Below are positions 37,671 to 50,950 of a stretch of DNA of 64,000 nucleotides, in pieces. Positions within the stretch are counted from its first letter, which is position 1. Each line of letters opens with the position of its first letter. The position numbers were made by a program, and so were the translations under genes. Under the pieces are notes generated by a model, which saw nothing but the letters and a program-made list of their open reading frames with translations, searched no databases and was not told the DNA's origin. This DNA is from Camelus ferus (Eukaryota), in NCBI RefSeq assembly GCF_009834535.1, contig NC_045697.1:10976001-11040000 (forward strand), written 5' to 3'.

Positions 37671-38783
37671 ATAGTATATGAATTCAATATGCATGTTTGG
37701 GAAATATAAGTGCTCAAAGCATTTAGTGGGTGGAATTGTTTTTCCCGTAGAGACGTATTGATATTGAAAGAAAAAATAAGGCCAATTTTAGCACATTTAA
37801 TATATTTGAAAAATAATGTTCTAAATGTCTAAAATTCCCCTAAGGTGGGGATGCAAATATTCGGTGTAAAATAATGCTCATTTTTCTCAGCTTTCTAAAT
37901 ATGTACTTGGTTACATCTGCTCTTTTCATTGTATATAAAACCCCTGGCCAATTCCCAGAGGAAGGTGACCATTATGTTTTGTGATTCAGAAAGCTATGTG
38001 TCTCGTGTTAATAACTACTCTTTATAAAAATAATTTTTAGCGAATGGATACATTTTGCTTTTATGATCAGCAAGGCTCGACACATGCCTAGGAGTGAAAA
38101 TGTATTAGCTAGAAAGACAATTAATGATGAATTGAAGCAGTAATTTTAGAATCCCAGCAGGAGACTATAGCATCTCAAACTGCATTCTAGGGAAGTGAGA
38201 AAAATGGAGTCTTTTATGTGTTCTTTTCATGATCAGCGTACCCTTTGATAATATATGTCTTAAAAAATAGAACGCTGTTTATTTTCCTTCCTTCTCTTTT
38301 CTCTGCTGCCTTCCTATTCTCCCCTTCTTTCTTCTTTCCTTCCTCCCTCCCTCTCTCCCTCCCTCCTTTTCTTTTCATGATTTCTATCATTCTTAAAAGA
38401 ACACACAAAATCACAATTAGCCATGAGCAGCCACTGCTCTAGTCCAGTGGAATAACCACTAGCCTGGGAGACAGGAAACCTTGGTTCTGATTTTGGCTTT
38501 GCCAATATCTTCTTGGTAACACTAAATAAATCAATTTTCTTCTGTGGGTTTCAGGTCCTAATTTAGCAAGTGAGGAGACTGTGGAGGATGGTCACTACAT
38601 TTAAGAAGGACACTCGCTATTCACAAATTCAATGTCTCTGGGTCCAACATCATGGTTAGAATATGACTCATAAACAGCCACTTTTCCTGCTACATTTATG
38701 ATCACTTCCTTTTCACATAAGGTCATCCTCCGAAGAAGCCTCTGAAAAAGCACGTCGAACGAAAGTGAAGAGCGAGGTCGTAC

Positions 38784-38907
38784 CTGGCGGTGCCACCATC
38801 CGCTGCCACTTCTGAAACAAGCAGGTCTTCAGGCAGTCTCGGGGACTGAGGTTGTAAGTTTTATGTCTGGACATCAGTTCCTGCATTGGCTCCAGGATTA
38901 CACACAA
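38784..38907 (-). CDS. LDB2: LDB2 internal coding exon, 124 nt (LCCD region)
   Basis: Acceptor ccttgcag|TTG at 38907, donor CCAG|gtacga after 38784. Encodes LCVILEPMQELMSRHKTYNLSPRDCLKTCLFQKWQRMVAPP plus 1 nt. Confidence 0.97.
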
Positions 38908-39945
38908 CTGCAAGGAGTTCAAAGACATTGGTGTTTCACTCCTTGATGATATTATTTGCAATAAATAATGTTAACAGTTGGAATCCATTAGGAAACTTAA
39001 AGGTAATTTTCTTCTCCCCTCCCACCCCCTGTTTTCATTTTCTCTATATATGTTTAGAGGAAAAGAAATATTACCAACACTTAATAATGTTCACTGAATT
39101 CACCATCATTTATAATATCATAGTCGAGTGTGATTTATACACACACATACATGCACACACATACATACCCACACATTCTGTACAGGCTGTCGGGTGGGTA
39201 TATGTAGCTCTATCCTGAATTCAAACAATTCTCCCTGGTTAAAGGAGAAAAAGCTCTCTTCCATGGAGCACAGCATGCTCTGATTTCTACTCTGGTTTTT
39301 GCTGTTGTTCTGTTTGTATAACCACACACTGTGAGTTATAATGCTAGTTTATGTAGATTATGTGGCGTTGAAAGCCATCCTTTAAACTTTGGAGAACAAA
39401 GTGACAACTACAGGTACGTTTTTGATCCTAACTCTCATAAAGGGCCACGATGCATACTATTTTATTTTTATTCATGTTCTTGTTTGTATTTTACAGAAGA
39501 TGAGGTTGTTGATAACATATGCTGAGTCTCATTCAGAGTGGGAGCCTGTACTGTGGTTCTGCACACGGCCGCCTTCTTCTCTCCTTTGGTTAGATCTTTC
39601 AGCTTTACTTTGGTCCAAGACATCTGACGACAAAGATTAATGAATGAAATAAGAAAGGATTCCTGTGGACTTTCCTGAATTCCTTCTTGGCTGGAAACCC
39701 ATGAGAATACTGCTGCATTGAGGGGACTGTATCTAAGAGGGCAAGGACCGCAACTGGGAATGATGCATCCATCGCCCTTGCAATCACAGCAGTATGAAAG
39801 CTGGCAATTCCTTTCCCATTTGGAAAAACGTCATTTTATTATGAAAGGCAGGTGTGCAAGCCCCACCTTCATCAGCCCATCTTTTCTACTACCCCTTCCA
39901 TTCTGTCATTTCTTACATGAGTCATTCCCTAGAGGTCACACTCCT

Positions 39946-40470
39946 TTTTTTTTTTTTTTTTCCAAATGCTGTGTTAGTTTCTGGTGTACAATCTAGTGAT
40001 TCAGTTATACATACACATACATTCTTTTTTCATATTCTTTTTCATCATAGGTTATTACAAGATATCAAATATAGTTCCCTGTGCTATACAGTAAGACCTT
40101 GTTGTTTATCTATTTCACATGTAGTAGTTTGTACCTGCTGATCCCAGATTCCTAATTTATCCCTCCATCCTCCTTTCCCCTTTGGTAACCGTAAATTTGT
40201 TTTCTATGTCTGTTCATCTGTTTCTGTTTTGTACATAAGTTCATTTGTATCTTTTTTTAGATTCTGCATATAAGTGATAGTATATGACAATTGTCTTTCT
40301 CTGTCTGACTTAATTCATTTAGTATGATAATCTCCAGGTTCATCTATGTTGCTGCAAATGGCATTATGCCATTCTTTCTTATGGCTGAGTAGTAGTATTC
40401 CATAGTGTGTGTGTATATATATATATATGTATACACAGACACATACCACAGCTTCTGTATCCAGTCATCT
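39946..40470 (-). mobile_element. 5'-truncated L1 3' end with target-site duplication
   Basis: L1 3'UTR (tatagttccctgtgctatacag..., gttgctgcaaatggcatt) with a poly-T at the left end; TSD GTCACACTCCT at 39935-39945 and 40471-40481. Confidence 0.9.
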
Positions 40471-42859
40471 GTCACACTCCTCTTTGTCCTCTGGGTTCCC
40501 TCTACTTGGAATTCTTCCCCCTACTCTTCCTGGCTAATGCACCACCTATTGATAATCTAAACTTTGCCAAAACCACTATCCCCATTTCAAGGCAAACTGT
40601 AATCTCCTTCCATCTGCAGCTTCTTTGGAAGAAGGGACAAAGATTTCAAAGCCTGAACAACACAAGCACAATGTGAGCCAAAGAGACAAAGCCACTCAAC
40701 CCTGGTGCATAGAGCTGTCAAGTAATGAGACACGGGTTAGTTATGATGCATCTTCAGTCTTGTTTATCTCCTTGTTTACTTTGGAGTCATTTTTGAAACC
40801 TAAAATGTTAATAAGAAAAAACCTGTGAAAGAGGGAGGGTTACTAGGCAATTAAGTTCATATTCCAACCCTGCAAATGTGTATTCCTCTACTAAGAATTC
40901 CTCGCTGGAAATCAAAGTATGTGCCAACTACAGACAACCTCATCTTCCCCTGCCACTCACACCAAACAAAGTGAAGGATTCCACCAAACTCTCTACACAT
41001 AGAGATAAGAATGGATTAACCATCAAAGAAGAACCACTGCTAGATTCAGCCAGGGTCAGAAGATGTTTGCATCTCTTATTAAGCTAGGACAGTAAGAAAA
41101 GCTTTCAGAGAAATTCTAAGGACTGGGAAAACTTTTTCTTTTAATTAAAAAACAATATCAAGGTTTGCAAACCATCTCCTTTTGGTCCATTCCCATTCTT
41201 GAGAAACTGACTTACAATGGATATAAAATACATGGATGGCATGGAACAAGCATGGATTCAGAAGCTGAGAGATCTACGTATAGATTTTAATTCTGTCACC
41301 ATGAGCATATCCCCAAGTGAGCTGCTCAATCATGCTGGGTCTCGGTTTCATCTGTAGAACCATACCCATCTTGTATATTATTTGGAAAATTTGAGGTACT
41401 TTGTCTTGGCACATAAGTTCAACCAACAGTAGCTATCAGGATTATATATTAGCAACCACAGCACAGATCACAAAGCAAACCACATTTCTATTACTTTAAA
41501 TCAGCGAGCATTTATTGAGTTTCCTCCTAAATGTCAAGCACTTTGCTTAGGTGTTGGGAACATAACTATGAGCGTAACACGGTCTCAGTCCTCAGCGAGT
41601 ATTCAGCCCCTCTGACTTTAGCACATTAGGAAAACAACCTTGTGTTTACACTTCAAGCAGCTTAGAAAATCACATCTTACTGAAGCAAATATTTTCATTA
41701 TATGACAAGTTAGATGGCAAGTATTTTTATTATATGACAAGTTAGACCTATTTGGACCTCGAAAGGGTTATCAGCACTGAACGTGCTAGGAAAATGGGAG
41801 AGTTGTGTTTATTGCAAGAATCCATGAGCTCATTATCTTTTTTTTTTTTCCCACCGCCTTTCCTCTCCGGGTTTTGGGCAACACTTTTTACCAGGTGCTA
41901 ATCCTCAGGATTTATCCCTTCCCCCTGTAAAAATATCTTACCATCGCTATAACCCACCCCAAAGGAATTTGCATCTCTGAATACTAATCAGGTGTCCCCA
42001 AAGCCATTTCTCTTCCAGTGCAGGGGAACAGGGTGGAGAGGCAGCCCGCCCCTTATTCATATATGCAAATAAGCCTCCCTCTTGCTCTGCGACGTGGAGC
42101 AGAAGCCTTTGCCGGGCTGTGTGCTGTAGGTGGCAGAACTAACTCAGACAAGCGCCTGCCTTCTCGGGCAGCAAGCCAGTGCATCTTGGCAACAGCAAAG
42201 GCCTGGGGCCCTTATGAAATGAGATCAGGAAGACGGTTCGGGGAGTAGGTTCCCGCAGTCACTAGCCAAATCCTTCTGGAGCCAGGATTCCTGCTCTCCT
42301 TGAGGTCTCAGACCCCCTTGAGAATCTGGTGAAGGCTCTGCAGTTTGTCTTCCAAATTTTGTACAAGATATCTGGAGGGAGGTTTATGAACCCTCTTACA
42401 GGTGCATCCATTGACTCTAGGTAAAAGTCCCCTGTTGGTAATATACATGATCCAGGCAACAATATAGATGCCTTTGCCCCGACACTAGATACACACACAT
42501 GCACGCGTGAACACACACGCATGCATACCCACACACACCCACACACCACTCCATCCTCAAGGGCATGTTAATGGCACTGAGCATAATAGCACAGGGCCCT
42601 GTGATTTTAAAGAATGATTTTATCTGCAAAGTTGTGACTGCTACAAAGTTCCCAGTGGACTAGTCCCTTTGCCAGAAAAGAAAGGCCACAGACAGTGATA
42701 TCTGCAACCCCGCAGCAGCCTGTGTGCCAGGCTGCGAAGGAGTTTGGTCTCCACCCGCGCTGGTGCTGGAGATGGGAAAGAGTCTCAATCTAAAATGGAA
42801 CCGGAGGACAAAGAAATGGAGACTCCTGCCCTGCCCTCAGAAGACGGGAACTTAAGAAC

Positions 42860-43166
42860 CAAGAGACCGGATTCATGTAAGGACTTGATTCAGAGATGAT
42901 GGAAGCTTACTTCCAGACCAATGAACGCCGCCAAGAATCCCTCCCCATCCTCAAGCCAATAAACTTGCTGCTGGGGCTCTGGCTGGACTTCTCCCTCTTT
43001 GCACTCCTTGTCCATAAATACAGCTCACCCCAAACCCTCAACAGACTTCTAGGAGCTGACTACAGCATTCGTTTCCCTAACTGCAGGCTCTCCACTATTC
43101 CTGAATAAACTCCATTTCTGGTCAATTGAGCTTACTTTGCCTTAGTTTACCTCTTTATTTAGGTTG
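42860..43166 (+). mobile_element. Possible ERV solo LTR fragment
   Basis: CCAAT boxes, TATA-like cataaata (43012), AATAAA (43104) and a U5-like ...ttatttaggttg end; the 5' boundary is uncertain. Confidence 0.45.
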
Positions 43167-44044
43167 CCTGAGGATACCAGGAGGAATCCCAGGGCACGGG
43201 CAGGGGGCAGGGGCCAGCAAGGCCTGAGACCTCTCTTTGAATACTCCCTAAATGTGTAGTCCCTGCCAGGTCCAGTTAGGATCCTGAAGAAAGTCCCTGC
43301 CTATCCCAGCAAGGCTCTCAGGATGCCTTTTATAGATTTCCTGAAAGTTTGAGACTGGAATTGCTTCTCTTAGGCTTCTGATTTCATTTTCTGCGATTCT
43401 GCTGCAGCACTGACCCTTTGGTGTGAAACCAAAACCTACAACCACCCCGTTAACTTGCTGTGTGAATGAAGGAGTAAGTGGAAGGATGGATGGATGAATG
43501 ATTAACAGAGATCTTGGCCAGATTTATAGCAAGGAGTCATTTGCTAGTGGCAGACAGATTAGGCATTGTCCTCTGGGCTTAGAGGTGATGAATTTGTCCA
43601 TTTGATAAATAACTGACTGCCTCCTCTGTGCAGAATGCTTTGCACACATGCACATGTATCTACCCAATTACTGCATGGCCTGGCTGGGCCAGGAGATCTT
43701 ACCTCAGTCCCAGGACTCCTGCCTTTTCATAGCAACAAAGAGCCTAGCAAATCTAGATGGCATGCTGTTTGGCTTTGTTTTGTTTTCATCTGACACTTCT
43801 GGAGAAACTTGATTCTCCTTAGCTACACACTCACGCTGGTTCTTCTTGCTCACCTCCTGGCCTGAGCCTGGGGAGAGTGATGCCTGGCAGACTTGGCTCT
43901 GGCCTAAAAAGCTGATGCCTTGGGGCTGGCATCTGGCTAGCTCCCACAGCTGGGTCTTGACCACTGAGATTTTAATTCAGTCTTGTCCAGACGATGGATG
44001 ACATCCTCTGAGCTTGAACCATCTATTCTTTGCATATAAGTTTG

Positions 44045-44228
44045 TCTAGGGTTCCTAGATCCATAGCAGATCAGGTTGCTCTTGCTTCAAAGACCTTCTC
44101 ACGTATTGTCCAGAGTTGCTTCTTTGTTACAACGCTAGAGTTGAACAGCTATGACAGAGTCTATCTGACTCACAAACTCCCCAGATACTTACCATCTGGC
44201 CATTCACAGAAAGGTTGCTGACCTCGGT
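44045..44228. mobile_element. MER58A-like hAT-Charlie element
   Basis: atacttaccatctggccattcacagaaaggttgctgacctc terminal motif and gctagagttgaacagctatgacagag. Confidence 0.7.
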
Positions 44229-45144
44229 TCCAAACCAGTGCTGTTCAAAGAAGGTGGTCTTCACTGTTTGCTAAGTTTCCATGACAGGATAAGGAGCTTC
44301 AGGCAGAGAGAACTCAGTTCATTGCTTCCTTCCTTGAGAAAGTCTTGTGTCAAAAAATTAGTCAGATGAACTGAACAATGTGTTCAACAAGGTAGTTGAT
44401 TTATATTCCTGAGCAAGCTCCTTATTTTGGTGTGGATCACTAAGAGTTTGCAGTCTGGCCCTGGTCTGCGAACCACGTTTGAGTCACACCGGGATGAGCC
44501 TTCAGGTCCTCCAAGGTCAGGCTCAGATCTCACATCCGTCTGTGAACATCCCCTCCCACAAGGAACTCTTGCGTCTCTAAGCGCTTACTCCCAACCTATG
44601 TACATCTCAGTGCTTCTGCTTGCATTGGGAATTTTCCTGCTTCAGCTCCTTACCTACAGCAAGCCCTGTTTTACTTTGCTCTGCCTTTTATTTAACATGG
44701 TATGAGGCATACTCAAATATTTGTTGAGTCAAAACTTAATAATCTCTGCAGAGCACCCAACCTATGTCTGTCCCTGGGGTGTGTACCTGACATATATTAT
44801 ATCATTAACCCGCACCGCCTCCTGTTACCTTTAACGGGTAAGAAAACTCAGACTCGAAGCCATTAAGTCACCCAGTGCTGATATCAAAAAGTGTGATTCT
44901 TATAATATACCCAAGGCTACATAGCCATTTGAAAGGCAGAGGAGAGGTTCACAGTCGGGTCTGCCTGGCTCCGGCCCTATGCTCTTCACTCCTCACTGCT
45001 CTGTTGTATACCTCTCTGAGTATGAATGACCTAAATCTCTGCTAAGAGACCAGGTTCAAAGGCTCTCACTATCTCTCATGTTGTTCCTTGCACATGGCAT
45101 TGATCTACGCACAGACAGGTGCGTGATACAGAAAGGTGCAGACT

Positions 45145-45345
45145 TTAGAGCCAGATTCCTCTGGATTCAAACCCCCAAGTCTGCCGTTTACTAGCTGTGT
45201 GTTCTTGGCCAAGAATTTCAGCCTCTCTGAATCTTAATTTCCTCACCTTTAAAATGCAGATAATGATCCTTATCTCTGGAGGTTTGAAACAATATACATA
45301 ACTCCTTAATGCAATGCCTGGACTGAGGTCAGTGCTCAAAAGATG
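45145..45345 (+). mobile_element. MIR SINE
   Basis: ctggattcaaaccc..agtctgccgtttactagctgtgtgttcttggccaag...tctctgaatcttaatttcctcacctttaaaatg. Confidence 0.85.
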
Positions 45346-46631
45346 GAAATTGGGATTATGATAAATACTGGTTGCACCAGTGGCCCATCTCCACTGAGCC
45401 AGCAGATCAGTGTGTGAAGTGACTGGTTGGCTCGTCTAGGAAGTAAATCACTCAGTCTCTCTGAGACTTAGGGAGCCACTAGGTATAATGTTTGAAGGAT
45501 GGTAATCAGGTCAGTGGTACCTGGCCTTTTAGTAGCTAATGTCTCTGATAATAGTCCATTTGCAGAATTCAGTGATAAATACAAATCCACAAACCATAGT
45601 CCTTTTTCTTTTCTTTCCTCTCCGCTTTTTTTTCTTTTTCTTTTTACTCCTCTGGCTAAATCCAAGTTAGAAAGAGGATGGGGGATGATTCAGAAGCAAA
45701 CTCTTATCTAAGGGGGAAGGGGTCTCTCCTAATTAAGAAACACATCATCAAAAGATTTTAATTTAAAACAATAGAAAAATATAACATACAGAATCTAAAA
45801 GGAAAACAAAACAAAACAAGCAGATAATCCCATGTAGAAACAGATAAGAATGAATAACAGGCATCCACATGAGTAAAACCCACTCTGCCTTAGAGGATGA
45901 AAAACAAGGGAGAGAGGAAACGCTTTCCCTTAGAAGCTATGCAATTCCAAAACATCAGATTATGACTTGAGTTTATTTCCTGATAGGATTAAAGGTAGAC
46001 TGATTGTCAAATTCAAAACGTCCTCTCTTTTATCTGAAGATTCAACCAGGGGAGCCTTTGCCTTTTCTCAATTGTTTTGCAAATTGATTGCGTGGGGAAG
46101 TTATCACATCCGGCCCTGGAGACAGGCAGCTCGCTCCAAGTTCTGGGAGAGGAGAGTGTGCAGCAGCTGTCACTTGGGTCTTGGTGGGACCATCCTCTTC
46201 CAAAGCAAGAGTCACGCATGCGCATTTCAGCATCTATGACTTGCTTTCAATTTTAAGGCTGCCAGGAAGAGCGCGTGTGCAGGACCACTGAGGACGCTGG
46301 CTGCTCTTCTGACCTACCCTCAGGAGAGAAGCGCTGGGCTATCTTCCTGAGCTGCAGAGCAAGCTCACGGTTTCTGATGCACCAGTCAGGCCTCTGATGT
46401 TCATTCTCTTTCCTTCCCACCCACGGACTTGATTTCTCTGCGGTGCCGTTTGGTGCCAGTGCCCCTTCCACGTGCTCCTGTTAATTGTCTTCTTGCCCTT
46501 AGACCCCACCCTTCCTCCCAGCTCTGTGTTGCATGGGACAGACCCCTTGTGCACTATTTCCCAGTTATTTTGGCCAAGTGGCTATGGGTGAGGCTGGGCC
46601 AGTTGGAGGCACCAGGGGAGACTGGAGGAAG

Positions 46632-47012
46632 GTGGGTTATTTTGCTAGGGGTGCCATAGCAAAGTGCCACCAACTGGGTGGCAGAAAACAACAGAAACTT
46701 ACTCTTGCTCAGCTCTGGAGACTAGAAATCTGAACTCAAGGTGTTGGCAGGGTCGCCCTCCTTCCGAACGCTCTAGGGAAGACTGCTTCCTTGCCTCTGC
46801 CAACTTCTGTTGGCTCTGGCTGTCTTTGCTGTTCTTTGGTTTGTGTCTGAATCACACGAACCTCTGCTTGCATTTTCACATGGTCTCTTCCTCTGGGTCT
46901 CTGAGTCCTCTCCTCTTCTTACAAGGACCTCAGTCATTGGATTTCCAAATAAGGTCACATCCTGAGGATCCAGGTGAACATGGATATGTGAGGGACATTA
47001 TTCATCTTACTA
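46632..47012 (-). mobile_element. MLT1 (C-like) MaLR LTR
   Basis: gctaggggtgccatagcaaagtgccaccaactgggtggcagaaaacaacagaaacttactc...ctggagactagaaatctgaactcaaggtgttggcaggg. Confidence 0.8.
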
Positions 47013-47409
47013 CAAGAGTAGAGAAAGAAGTAAGGGTATTTCTCATCCTCTCTGTGGTTCAGATGGCCTCTCCAACAGATGTCACCAAGGTCTACTCTAG
47101 TCCCAACATGGCCTCTCCAACAGCTGTCACCAAGGTCCACTATGGTCCCAGGTCCTGCCAGGTAGCCTAATAGTAACACCTCCTGCCATTCTCCCCCAGA
47201 GTGGCAGTTGCTAATCTTAGGGCTGCCTCATCTTCCCCCGGTGGCTTTTTTAGCTCCAACTCTTTTATAAATAATTTGCCATATTAAATTTCCTCTATTA
47301 AATTACCTGGTGTGAGTTTTGTTTTCCTGGATGGATTCTGATTGACATTCATGGTTTGTTAAAACATTAGGCAATATCTAAAAGGTGTGTGTGGGCATCG
47401 TATGTAGGC

Positions 47410-47625
47410 GTTAAGCATGCAAATTTGGCTTGGGTTCAAATTCCAGCTACTTCATAACTAGGTGACCTTGAGTGATTGATTACTCAAGCCCTTCATGTCT
47501 CAGTTTCTCCATCAGAAAAGTTAGGATAACAGTACCTAACTAATTAGGTTGTTAGGAGAAACAAGAAAATCCACTGAAACTATGTACTAGGTTTTAGTAT
47601 GGGAAGTGCTCTATGCATGTTTATT
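47410..47625 (+). mobile_element. MIR SINE
   Basis: tgggttcaaattccagct...gtgaccttgag...tctcagtttctccatc.gaaaa.ttaggataacagtacct. Confidence 0.75.
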
Positions 47626-48144
47626 ATGATGAGCGTATAACCAAGAAGGGTAGGGGTGTGGGGCTTCGTGGAAGACATTCTGAAACTTGTCAGGACACAC
47701 CTTTTAAAATTTTACAGATGGTGCCTGCCCAAGGTATATACACATATACATTCACACAGCTTAATAGTTAGATTTTGGTGATACAATGGATGTTTAAAAT
47801 GTTTAGTCAACATTTATTTCCTGTAAATAAGTTGTCTTGACTACTGAGCCATTGCCACAAGTACCCTATTCATGTTTTCTACCAGCATCTCAAATTCTAG
47901 GGCATAGTAGCTGGAATGTTTCTAGAGGAGAAAGGAAACATCTGCCTGGAAATACCCCACAATCACTAATACTTAAGGACTGCTGTCTGTTACACAGAGG
48001 GTTACAAGCAAATTTCAGGTAATTAAAAAAAATTCTAAGTGACCACTTGCAGAGCTCACAGGTGAGTCACGCACTGAAAATGAAGGCCAGTGGCCCAGAA
48101 TTACCCTAACTGGCCTCTGTCAGACACTGTCTGTTGTCTGCCAC

Positions 48145-48492
48145 TGTATTAGTTAGGGTTCTCTAGACAATAGAACCAACAAGATGGATGGATGTAGGCG
48201 GGTAGGTATTTTAAGGAACTGGCTCTCATGATTAATGGTTAGCAAGTCTGAAATCCATAGTGTTTCTATAGGCTGGAAATGAGGCAGGAGTTAATGCTTC
48301 AGTCTTGAGCCAAAACTCCCTCTTCTCCAGGAAACCTCAGTTTTGTTCTTAAGACCTTCAACTGATTGGATGAGACTCACCCAACAGTCATCTATTTCAC
48401 TTAAAGTCAACTTTGGGGTAGAGGATAACCACATCTCCAAAATACCTTCACAGCCAAACCTGGATCCGCCTTTGATTAAGTAGCTGGTACTA
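48145..48492 (-). mobile_element. MLT2B-like ERVL LTR
   Basis: tgtattagttagggttctctagacaatagaaccaa...taaggaactggctctcatgatt...ccttcaactgattggatgagactcaccca. Confidence 0.8.
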
Positions 48493-48902
48493 TGGCTGCT
48501 GTGAACTGCAGTGTGGCCACTCCCTCCCCAATTCCTGTGGTGGATCCCTAACCCCCAGTGTGACTGTATTTGGAGACAGAGCTTCAGGAGGTAATTAAGG
48601 CTAAATGCAAGCATAACGGTGGGGTCCTAATCTGATAGACTGGTGGTCTTCTAAGAGGAGGAGGAGTCATCAGAGGCCTCTCTCTCTCTCTCTCCGTGTG
48701 CACGCACTCAGGAGAGGCCGTGTGAGAGCACAGCAAGGGGCCAGCCATCCGCAGGCAGGCAAGAGGCCCCACGCTGGACAGCAAGCCCTGCTGGACCTTG
48801 ATCTCGGTCTTCCCGCCTGCAGAACTGTTAGGAAATAGACTTCTGTTGTTTAAACCGCCCAGTGCTCGGTGTTTTGTTAAGACAGCCTGGCCGACCAGGA
48901 CA
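48493..48902 (+). mobile_element. MLT1A-like MaLR LTR
   Basis: ccctaacccccagtgtgactgtatttggagacag...gaggtaattaagg...gaccttgatctcgg.cttccc.cct.cagaactgt.aggaaata.acttctgttgtttaa. Confidence 0.8.
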
Positions 48903-50423
48903 ACGGCCTCCGTCGGTGGACGTAGAGAGCTACACAGCGCCCCCACCAGGCTGTGAAGACTGAGACCTGGGCTGGGTCGAATTGTTTTATTTTTTCAAAA
49001 TATTCCCCAGTGCCAAGCAATGTGTCTAATATTTGTGGATTAAATGACTCCTTGAATCCGTGAATGTGATCGAATGAAAACCAAAAACCAACAGGTGATC
49101 AGACCTCAGAAAATGGGTCAGATCTGGACTCCTCAAGGCCTCAATTTTTGCCCCACAGAACAGCTGAGCGATGCCACTGATGTGGGCAAAGCATCCGTGT
49201 GAGCTGGGCCGTCCACAAGCACCGCTAGGCTGAACACGGGACGGCGGTGTGGTGAGCATGCTGGGGTTCCTTCAACCACGTTTCCCCAGCAGGAGGAAGA
49301 GAGCCTCATCGACATTTTGATGTGTTTTGTGACACAAACGTGCCAGATATCCCCCAAGGCAAACACGGGCTGCTCAGTGTCCAAGCAGTGGAGACGCCCC
49401 TGAGAGCCGACGAGAGCTGATCACAGAGCTGGGAGCGTTTACACTGGTCCCCGCTGTTTCTCACTGGAAACAGGTAGTTTTTGTAACATGTTGGTAATTT
49501 TTCCCTGGGAATTAAGAAATGGTGTAGTTGCCCGGAGGTAACATTTAAGCACTAGCATTTATGAATGGGGCCTTATAATCTCAGTATTGCGAGGAAGGGA
49601 ATTTGGATGTGGTTCTTGGGAGCTGTCAGTGGCAGTTGCCAAGGAACATGGCTGTCTTGTTGGTGCAGTTAGAGTCCCTCCTGAACATTGCCTGCGTGCT
49701 GTCACCTTCCTCCTGCGCTGGTGTAAACACCCACAAGGCTATAAAAGACAGCATTTTGTTCTGGGGTTTGGGACAGCATCCCCCGGCCGCTCTCTGGGAG
49801 GATTTCTGGGCTACGGGGAGTGTGGGGATACAGACAGCTCCTTCTCAGTTCTGGGCACCCCGAGCGTGGCTGCCTTTGGAGTGCCTGCCTGCCTGCTGCC
49901 TGCCTGCCATCCTGGGAGCTTCTGCCAAGCGACAGCCCTGCCACTCCACTCGGGCACACAGGGAACAAGTGACTTCTCAGTAATGGAGAGCTCAGCTGCC
50001 TGCCTGCCCCCTGGACCCCTCCATCACCTGGGGAGCCTTACATCAGCAGCCACTTCCCCTCCCAGGAACAGAAGTGAGATTGGTGGAAAGAGGGACTCAT
50101 GTTGACATGGCGATGCTGTATGAACACGGAATTGGTGGAAGCTGGAGTTCATTCATTCACTCACTCAGTCATTCAACACGTATTTATTGAATACACACTA
50201 TGTGCCCTGTGTTTGTTCTAAGTGCTGGGGATGCTGTAAATAGAAATAAAGGAAGTCACTCCTCTTACAGAGCTACACTCTAGTGAAGGAGATAGATATA
50301 TTTCAAAAGCACAAGATATATGTTAGTGATGACTACCAAGCGGAAAAAAGGGAGCAGGGAAAGGCTACGTGAAATGTTGGAGTTGGGGGGCGCTGAAAAT
50401 TTGGGTGCTTTGGCTGCAGTCAC

Positions 50424-50915
50424 TGTGTTGGAAGAATCATGGCTCTGCAGACATGTCCATGCCCTGATCCCTTGAATGTGTGAGTATGTCAGCTTACATG
50501 GCAAAGGGAATTAAAGTTGCTAATCAGCTGACCTTGAGATGGAGAGATTAGTCTGGATTATCCAGGCAGGTCCAATTGAATTACAAGGGTATTAAAAAGT
50601 GGAAGAGGGAGTCAGAAAGGAGAGTTAGAAAGATGGCAGCATGAGAGGAACTTGGCCTGGCTTTGAGAGCTTTGAAGATGGGAGGGGGTCCTGAGCCAGG
50701 GAACGTAGTGGCCGCCAAGAAGTTGGAAAAAGCAAGGAAACCCATTCTCCTCTAGAGCCCCTCTCTAGAAAGGAGCACAGTCCTGACAACACCTTGATTT
50801 CAGCACGGTGATAAACATATTAAGACTTCTGATCTACTGGAACTAATACATTTGTGGCATTTTAAGACACTAAATTGGTGGTAATTTGTTTTAGCAGCAA
50901 TAGAAAACTAATACA
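50424..50915 (+). mobile_element. MLT1D-like solo LTR with perfect 5-bp TSD
   Basis: TG...CA ends; TSD GTCAC at 50419-50423 and 50916-50920; ttacatggcaaagggaattaaagttgctaatcagctgaccttgagatggagagatt is diagnostic. Confidence 0.9.
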
Positions 50916-50950
50916 GTCACCCAAAGCGATATCTAAGTAAAGCCCTCTGG

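Noticed and set aside
46664..47170. 168-aa ORF with a repeated MASPT.VTKV motif
   Set aside because: It runs through an MLT1 LTR and a 45-bp tandem duplication, so the peptide repeat is a by-product.
49587..50105. 172-aa ORF, the longest in the window
   Set aside because: Non-ATG start, no recognisable domain or splice context; consistent with a chance ORF in GC-rich intronic DNA.
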